A program made the translations under genes and the position numbers. From Alphaproteobacteria bacterium (GTDB lineage Bacteria; Pseudomonadota; Alphaproteobacteria; UBA828), in NCBI GenBank assembly GCA_963667785.2, contig CAXXMU010000001.1, positions 1,056,001 to 1,120,000 on the forward strand: a DNA stretch of 64,000 nucleotides, written 5' to 3'. Below the pieces are notes generated by a model. The model was not told the origin of the DNA. It saw nothing but the letters and a program-made list of their open reading frames with translations, and made no database searches. Of the stretch, positions 58,267 to 64,000 are shown one piece after another (the stretch's first letter is position 1; each line of letters opens with the position of its first letter).

Positions 58267-59330
58267 GCGGGTCGGACAGCGACAGCGACACATTGCCCGA
58301 GCGCATCGCCGACGAGGCTGCGCTCGAGGACCTGATGACGACGCCGGATGCGGCGCTTCGCGGGACGCTTGCCGGCATCGACGGCGACATCGTCGTGCTC
58401 GGCGTCGGCGGCAAGATGGGGCCGACGCTCGCGGGCCTCGCCAAGCGGGCGGCGCCCGAGAAGCGCGTCGTTGGCGTCGCGCGCTTCACCGACCCCAGCG
58501 TTCCGGAAAAGCTCGCCGGCTGGGGCGTGGACGCCATCCAGTGCGACCTGACGGACCGCGACGCCCTCGCCGCGCTGCCGCGGCCTGCCAACGTGGTGTT
58601 CATGGCGGGCCGCAAGTTCGGCGCGGTCGGCGACGACGACGTGACCTGGGCGATGAACGCCTACGTGCCGGCGCTGGTCGCAGAGACCTTCCGCGACTCC
58701 CGGATCGTCGCCTTCTCCACCGGCTGCGTCTATCCCTTCGTGGATGTCCGCTCCCAGGGCGCGGTGGAGGAGACGCCGCCGACGCCGCCGCCCGGCGAGT
58801 ACGCCAACTCCTGCGTCGGCCGCGAGCGGCTGATCCAGTACTTCTCTCGCCGCCACGGCACGCCCGCATGCCTCGTGCGGCTCAACTACGCGATCGACAT
58901 GCGCTATGGCGTGCTGCACGACGTGGCCCGCAAGGTGAAGGACGGCGTGCCGATCGACCTCACCACGGGCCACGTCAACGTCATCTGGCAGGGGGATGCC
59001 AACGCGATGGCGCTGCGCTGCTTCGCGCACTGCGCCGTGCCAGCCCGGCCCATCAACGTGAGCGGGCCCGAGACCGTGAGCATCCGCTGGCTCGCGCAGG
59101 CCTTCGGCGCGCGACTCGGGCGGGAGCCTGCCTTCGCCGGCGAGGAGGCGGCGTGCGGCTGGCTCACCAACAGCGAACGGGCGTGTGCGCTCTTCGGCTA
59201 TCCCAGAGTGCCGCTCGGGCGGATGATCGACTGGGTGGCGGACTGGGTGGCGCGCGACATGCCGAGCCTCGCCAAGCCCACCCGGTACGAGGTGAGGGAC
59301 GGCGTGTTCGCCCGGCCGGAGGCATCGTGA
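58263..59330 (+). CDS. NAD-dependent epimerase/dehydratase family protein
   Basis: [22 protein letters not shown] and [10 protein letters not shown] motifs; ATGA overlap with the upstream gene. Confidence 0.85.
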   Translation: MSGSDSDSDTLPERIADEAALEDLMTTPDAALRGTLAGIDGDIVVLGVGGKMGPTLAGLAKRAAPEKRVVGVARFTDPSVPEKLAGWGVDAIQCDLTDRDALAALPRPANVVFMAGRKFGAVGDDDVTWAMNAYVPALVAETFRDSRIVAFSTGCVYPFVDVRSQGAVEETPPTPPPGEYANSCVGRERLIQYFSRRHGTPACLVRLNYAIDMRYGVLHDVARKVKDGVPIDLTTGHVNVIWQGDANAMALRCFAHCAVPARPINVSGPETVSIRWLAQAFGARLGREPAFAGEEAACGWLTNSERACALFGYPRVPLGRMIDWVADWVARDMPSLAKPTRYEVRDGVFARPEAS

Positions 59331-60388
59331 GCCTCGCCTGGGGCGACGTGCCGGCGCCGGTGCGGGCGACCCTCGCACGGGGCGTGGTGATCCCGGCGCA
59401 TCCGCTCGCCCTCGACGCGGACCGTCGGCTCGATGCGGAGCGCCAGCGGGCGCTCAGCCGCTACTACATCGACGCCGGCGCTGGCGGGCTCGCGGTCGGC
59501 GTCCACACCACCCAGTTCGCGATCCGCGACGCCGGCCTCTACGAGCCGGTGCTGAGGCTCGCCGCCGAGACCGCCGAGAGCTGGACGGAGCGGCCGCTGG
59601 TGCGGATCGCCGGCCTCGTCGGGCGGACGGAGCAGGCGCTGGCGGAAGCCGACGTAGCGCTCGGCCTCGGCTATCACGCGGGGCTAGTGAGCCTCGCCGC
59701 CTTCGCCGGGGTCAGCGAGGACGAGCGGCTGGAGCACTGCGCGCGCCTCGCCGAGCGGATTCCGCTGGTGGGCTTCTACCTGCAGCCGGCGGTCGGCGGC
59801 GTCGTGCTGGGACCCTCCTTCTGGCGCCGCCTGGCTGCGCTCGACAACGTGGTGGCGATCAAGATCGCGCCCTTCAACCGCTACCGCACCCTCGACGTGG
59901 TGCGCGGCGTGGTCGAGGCCGGCGCCGAGGAGCGCATCGCCCTCTACACCGGCAACGACGACCATATCCTGCTCGATCTGGTCACGCCCTGGCGCCTGTC
60001 GCGCGGCGGCGAGGCGGTCACGGTGCGCATCAGGGGCGGGCTGCTCGGGCACTGGAGCGTCTGGGTCAAGCGGGCCGTCGAGGTGCTGGAGCGCGCCCAC
60101 GCCGCGGTGGAGGCCGGCGCCGTCGATCCGGACCTGCTCGCCCTCGACGCAGGGATCACCGACTGCAACGCCGCCCTCTTCGACGTCGCCAACGATTTTC
60201 GGGGCTGCATCGCCGGCTGCCACGAGGTGCTGCGCCGGCAGGGGCTGCTGCGGGGCATCTGGTGCCTCGACCCGGCGGAGGGGCTGAGCCCCGGCCAGGC
60301 CGAGGAGATCGATCGCGTGTGCGCGGCCTATCCCGATCTCACCGACGACGACTATGTACGCGCCAACCTCGCGCGCTGGCTTTCCTGA
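59327..60388 (+). CDS. Dihydrodipicolinate synthase family (class I aldolase) protein
   Basis: [20 protein letters not shown] and YTGNDD motifs; GTGA overlap with the upstream gene. Confidence 0.82.
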   Translation: MSLAWGDVPAPVRATLARGVVIPAHPLALDADRRLDAERQRALSRYYIDAGAGGLAVGVHTTQFAIRDAGLYEPVLRLAAETAESWTERPLVRIAGLVGRTEQALAEADVALGLGYHAGLVSLAAFAGVSEDERLEHCARLAERIPLVGFYLQPAVGGVVLGPSFWRRLAALDNVVAIKIAPFNRYRTLDVVRGVVEAGAEERIALYTGNDDHILLDLVTPWRLSRGGEAVTVRIRGGLLGHWSVWVKRAVEVLERAHAAVEAGAVDPDLLALDAGITDCNAALFDVANDFRGCIAGCHEVLRRQGLLRGIWCLDPAEGLSPGQAEEIDRVCAAYPDLTDDDYVRANLARWLS

Positions 60389-60426
60389 GGCCCCGGCCGC
60401 CCCGCTCCGCGCCACCGACACGCGCG

Positions 60427-60462
60427 TTGACAAGGGCCATGTCCTTGTTAGGTAGGGACATG
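60427..60462 (+). promoter_or_regulatory. Promoter/operator of the second AbrB gene, probably leaderless
   Basis: TTGACA at 60427; dyad CATGTCC-N11-GGACATG whose right arm contains the ATG. Confidence 0.6.
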
Positions 60463-60756
60463 AGCAAGGTCACCAGCAAGCTCCAGATCACGGTGCCCAA
60501 GGCGCTCGCACGGCGCTATGGCATCGAGCCCGGCGACGACATCCGCTTCGAGGAGGCCGGCGAGGTGATTCGCATGGTGCCCGCTGCCGTAGGCGCACCG
60601 TCCGCAAGTCTCGACATCGAGGCGCGCCTGCGCCTCTTCGACGCAGCCACCGCCCGCCAGCGGGCACGCGAGGCGAGTCGCCTCAGCCGTCGCGTCGGTA
60701 TGCGTGGCGGGAGCAGGGAGGAGCTCTACCGGCGTGGCCGCGCGGACGCTGATTGA
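60460..60756 (+). CDS. AbrB/MazE/SpoVT family antitoxin (VapB-like)
   Basis: MSKVTSKLQITVPK...GIEPGD; REELY tail. Confidence 0.85.
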   Translation: MSKVTSKLQITVPKALARRYGIEPGDDIRFEEAGEVIRMVPAAVGAPSASLDIEARLRLFDAATARQRAREASRLSRRVGMRGGSREELYRRGRADAD

Positions 60757-60820
60757 CACTGGCAACCCCGTCAATCGCTACGACGACCGCTTCTCAACGC
60801 ATGGTGTGGAACAGGGCTAG
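60734..60820 (+). pseudogene. Degenerate N-terminal remnant of a PIN/VapC toxin
   Basis: GTG-start frame overlapping the antitoxin end reads VAARTLIDTGNPVNRYDDRFSTHGVEQG*, resembling the PIN start LxDTNxLVYxxD. Confidence 0.55.
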
Positions 60821-60831
60821 AGGCAGGAGAC

Positions 60832-61977
60832 ATGGCCGCCGAGAACGAAGCGATGCATCCCGACGACGTGGCCGAGTGGCGGCTGCGCAACGTGCCGGTC
60901 TTCAACGAGAACCGCTTCAAGCTCGGTGTCTTCGGGCAGAACTGCTCCAACGGCTGCACCATCACCCATGCCGAGACCACCTTCGAGCCCACCTACGAGC
61001 ACAGCGTGAAGATCAGCAAGCTCGCCGACCGCCTCGGCTTCGAGCTGCTCGTGCCGGTGGGCCGCTGGCGGCACTTCGGCGGCTCCACACAGTTCAACGG
61101 GAACAATCTGGAGGTCTACACCTGGGCCGCCGCGATGGCCTGCCACACGCGGGACATCATGGTCTTCGCCACCTCGCACGTGCCGACCGTCCATCCCATC
61201 CTCGCCGCCAAGCAGGCCGCGACCATCGACAACATCTCGAGCGGGCGCTTCGGCCTCAATGTCGTCTGCGGCTGGTTCAAGCCGGAGATCGAGATGTTCG
61301 GCATGGAGCAGCTCGACCACGACGAGCGCTATGTCATGGCAGACGAGTGGCTCTCGATCGTGAAGCGGCTCTGGGCCGAGGACGACTTCGACCACGAGGG
61401 CACCTACTACAGGGTCAACCAGGGCTTCCTCGCGCCGAAGCCGATCCAGCGGCCGCACCCGGTGGTGATCAACGCCGGCTCCTCGCCTGCGGGCCGCGAG
61501 TTCTCGGCCAAGCTCGCCGACTTCAACTTCCTCTCGATCACGACGATGGAGAAGGCAGCGGCCATCGTGACGGACATCCACGCCCGCGCCGCGGCGCACG
61601 GACGCCGCTGCGGCGTCATGAGCTACGGCCTGGTGTGCTGCCGCGATACCGAGGCGGAGGCCGAGGCGCTCTACCGGCGCATCGTGGACGAGGGCGACTG
61701 GGGCGCGACCAACACCATCATCGAGCTGATGCTGGGCGAGAACTACTCCTACGGCTCGAACGCGGCGGAGATCCGCGCCATGGGCGAGCGCTTCATCGCC
61801 GGCTGGGGCGGCTACCCCCTGGTCGGCACGCCGGAGCAGGTGGTGGAGAAGATGGTCGAGATCGCCGGCATCGGCGTCGAGGGGTTCATCCTGTCGTGGC
61901 TCGACTACCACGAAGAGCTCAAATACTTCGGCGAGAAGGTGATGCCGCTGATGCGCGAGGCGGGACTCAGGGTCTAG
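60832..61977 (+). CDS. LLM-class flavin-dependent monooxygenase (SfnG/RutA-like)
   Basis: GRWRHFGG, AKQAATID, GRFGLNVVCGW and NAGSSPAG motifs. Confidence 0.9.
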   Translation: MAAENEAMHPDDVAEWRLRNVPVFNENRFKLGVFGQNCSNGCTITHAETTFEPTYEHSVKISKLADRLGFELLVPVGRWRHFGGSTQFNGNNLEVYTWAAAMACHTRDIMVFATSHVPTVHPILAAKQAATIDNISSGRFGLNVVCGWFKPEIEMFGMEQLDHDERYVMADEWLSIVKRLWAEDDFDHEGTYYRVNQGFLAPKPIQRPHPVVINAGSSPAGREFSAKLADFNFLSITTMEKAAAIVTDIHARAAAHGRRCGVMSYGLVCCRDTEAEAEALYRRIVDEGDWGATNTIIELMLGENYSYGSNAAEIRAMGERFIAGWGGYPLVGTPEQVVEKMVEIAGIGVEGFILSWLDYHEELKYFGEKVMPLMREAGLRV

Positions 61978-62199
61978 CCGGAGTTCCTCTCCGATCTAAC
62001 GGCCTGCCGGCGCTGAAGAAGCCGCTGACAAGCTGTTCGGGCGTGGTGGGCGTCGCGCTGCGATGTCCCCGCAGCACGCCGCTCACCGCCCCGCCTACCG
62101 TTGCCGCAGGCCGCGTGCTGGCTTACCCTTGCGCGTCCCGGCTGCCGTGCGGTCCGACCATTGCGGCGCCTTTTCCCACCCCTCATGAGGAGACGCAGC

Positions 62200-63597
62200 A
62201 TGTCGCTCGACCAGGCCCAGAACATCTCGCTGGAGGAGCTCGACAAGCAGGTCCTGCTCCATCCGGTCACCTCGATCGCCGAGCATCAGACCGCAGGCCC
62301 CGTGATCTACGGCAAGAGCGGCGGGGTGAAGGTCTATGACCGCCACGGCAAGGGCTATATCGACGCGGCGGCTGCGCTCTGGTGCGTCAACATCGGCTAC
62401 GGGCGGAACAGGCTCGCCGAGGTCGCGGCCGAGGAGATGTCGCGCATCGGCTTCTTCCATACCTTCGGCGGCGCCTCCAACGAGCCGCAGATCAGGCTCG
62501 CCGAAAAGCTGCTCTCGCTGCTGCACGAGCACGCCGACTGCCACCACATCGGCAAGGTGTTCTTCGGCCTCTCCGGCTCCGACGGCAACGACACCCAGTT
62601 CAAGCTGGTGCGCTACTACAACAACCTGCTCGGCCGGCCGGAGAAGAAGAAGATCATCTCGCGGCTGGGCGCCTATCACGGCGTCACCAACGCGGCCGGC
62701 AGCCTCACCGGCATCCCGCTCTACCACAAGGCCTTTGACCTGCCCTTCGAAGGCGTACTGCACACCGACTGCCCGCACTACTGGCGCGAGGGCCTCGACG
62801 GCGAGAGCGAGGAGGAATTCGCCGATCGCATGGTGGCGTCGCTCGAGGCGATGATCGAGCGCGAAGGGCCGGAGACCGTCGCCGCCTTCATCGCCGAGCC
62901 GGTGATGGGCACCGGCGGCGTGATCATCCCGGGCGGGGGCTACTACGACAAGGTGCAGGCGCTCCTGAAGAAGCACGACATCCTCTTCATCGCGGACGAA
63001 GTGATCTGCGGTTTCGGACGGCTCGGCACCTGGTTCGGCGCGAGCTACTTCGGTCTCCGGCCGGACATGATGACCTTCGCCAAGGGGCTCACCAGCGCCT
63101 ACTTCCCGATGTCGGCGGTCGCGATCTCCGACGAGGTCTGGCAGGTGCTGGCCGACGGCACGCCCGAGGTCGGCATGTTCGCCCACGGCTTCACCTATTC
63201 GGGTCACCCGGTGGGCGGCGCGGTCGGCCTCGCCAACCTGGAGATCATGGAGTCCGAGAACCTCGTCGCCAACGCGGCCGAGGTCGGCCCCTACTTCAAG
63301 CAGTGCCTGATCGAGCGGGTGGGGGACCATCCCAATGTGGGCGACATCCGCGGCGCCGGCCTCATGCTGGGCGTCGAATATGTCGCCGAGCCCGGCAGCA
63401 AGGCCGCGCCCGACATGACCCCGCCGTCGCACAGGCGCGTCTCGGCGGCGGCGCAGGAGCGCGGGCTGCTCACGCGCGGGCTGCCCTTCCTGCCGGTCAA
63501 CGCCTTCTCGCCGCCGCTCACCTTCACGCGGGCGGACGTCGACGAGACCGTCGGCATCTTCGGCGAGGCCGTGGAGAGCGTGTTCGGCAAGAGCTGA
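62200..63597 (+). CDS. Class III aminotransferase (omega-amino acid / polyamine type)
   Basis: [31 protein letters not shown] and HGFTYSGHP motifs. Confidence 0.92.
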   Translation: MSLDQAQNISLEELDKQVLLHPVTSIAEHQTAGPVIYGKSGGVKVYDRHGKGYIDAAAALWCVNIGYGRNRLAEVAAEEMSRIGFFHTFGGASNEPQIRLAEKLLSLLHEHADCHHIGKVFFGLSGSDGNDTQFKLVRYYNNLLGRPEKKKIISRLGAYHGVTNAAGSLTGIPLYHKAFDLPFEGVLHTDCPHYWREGLDGESEEEFADRMVASLEAMIEREGPETVAAFIAEPVMGTGGVIIPGGGYYDKVQALLKKHDILFIADEVICGFGRLGTWFGASYFGLRPDMMTFAKGLTSAYFPMSAVAISDEVWQVLADGTPEVGMFAHGFTYSGHPVGGAVGLANLEIMESENLVANAAEVGPYFKQCLIERVGDHPNVGDIRGAGLMLGVEYVAEPGSKAAPDMTPPSHRRVSAAAQERGLLTRGLPFLPVNAFSPPLTFTRADVDETVGIFGEAVESVFGKS

Positions 63598-63631
63598 GAC
63601 CGACCCCGCCGCAGCGCCCGGGGCGCCCGCC

Positions 63632-64000
63632 GTGGGGTTCCGCATCTCCGTCGACACCGGCGGCACCTTTACCGATGTGGTGGCGGGGGACGGCGGACGG
63701 GAGGTGGTCGGCAAGGCGCCGACCACGCCCGACCGCATCTTCGACGGCATGCGGAACGCGCTCGAGAACGCGGCCGAGCAGCTCGACTTGAGCCTCGGCG
63801 CGCTGCTCGGCGATACCGACCTCCTCATTTACGGCACCACGCGTGCCACCAACGCCATCGTCCAGGGCGCGGTCGCCAAGACCGCGTTCCTGGTCACATC
63901 CGGCTTCCCCGACATCCTTGTGCTGAAGGAGGGCGGCAAGCACGGCGTCCACGACTTCGCGACCGACTATCCCGATCCCTACATCCCGCAGACCCACACC
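63632..64000 (+). CDS. Hydantoinase A / oxoprolinase family protein (partial, runs off the window)
   Basis: Manual translation from GTG: GFRISVDTGGTFTDVV...KAPTTP...YGTTRATNAIV...TSGFPDIL. Confidence 0.88.
   Translation, partial: MGFRISVDTGGTFTDVVAGDGGREVVGKAPTTPDRIFDGMRNALENAAEQLDLSLGALLGDTDLLIYGTTRATNAIVQGAVAKTAFLVTSGFPDILVLKEGGKHGVHDFATDYPDPYIPQTHT

Noticed and set aside
57471-59326. Long N-terminal extensions on the epimerase (from 57471) and aldolase (from 58541) ORFs, suggesting fusions or frameshifts
   Set aside because: They are off-frame overlaps with the upstream genes; true starts lie at the 4-bp stop/start overlaps (58263 and 59327)
61978-62199. Possible riboswitch or leader upstream of the aminotransferase
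   Set aside because: No riboswitch consensus recognised; it would need an Rfam scan

Overview
High-GC bacterial chromosomal segment, most likely an alphaproteobacterium. This is inferred from the thiE-efp-suhB synteny, an AapJ/BztA-type binding protein, CGTC-tagged REP-like and CTAGAGC-ended palindromic repeats, and a pim-like beta-oxidation trio. About 57 plausible CDSs and two tRNAs (Val-CAC, Gly-CCC) are present. Most genes serve small-molecule uptake and catabolism: ABC transporters, amidases, aminotransferases, CoA ligases/transferases and oxygenases. I saw no integrase, transposase, prophage or CRISPR array. The best candidates for undescribed biology are: (1) a tightly coupled Liv-type ABC - CRTAC1/ASPIC - MocD-like diiron enzyme - hydantoinase-B remnant - formamidase - GFA operon; (2) a deacetylase - CxxC small protein - COG0523 - dehydrogenase operon; (3) an ECF sigma coupled to a YfbK-like vWA protein; (4) a TPR/2OG-oxygenase fusion embedded in a catabolic operon; (5) a 750-bp intergenic region with a roughly helically phased ATCCC array and several stacked repeat families. 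Two gene remnants below the ORF-track size cutoff were found by manual translation: a hyuB-like N-terminus and a vapC-like N-terminus. All family calls come from motif recognition, not database searches.
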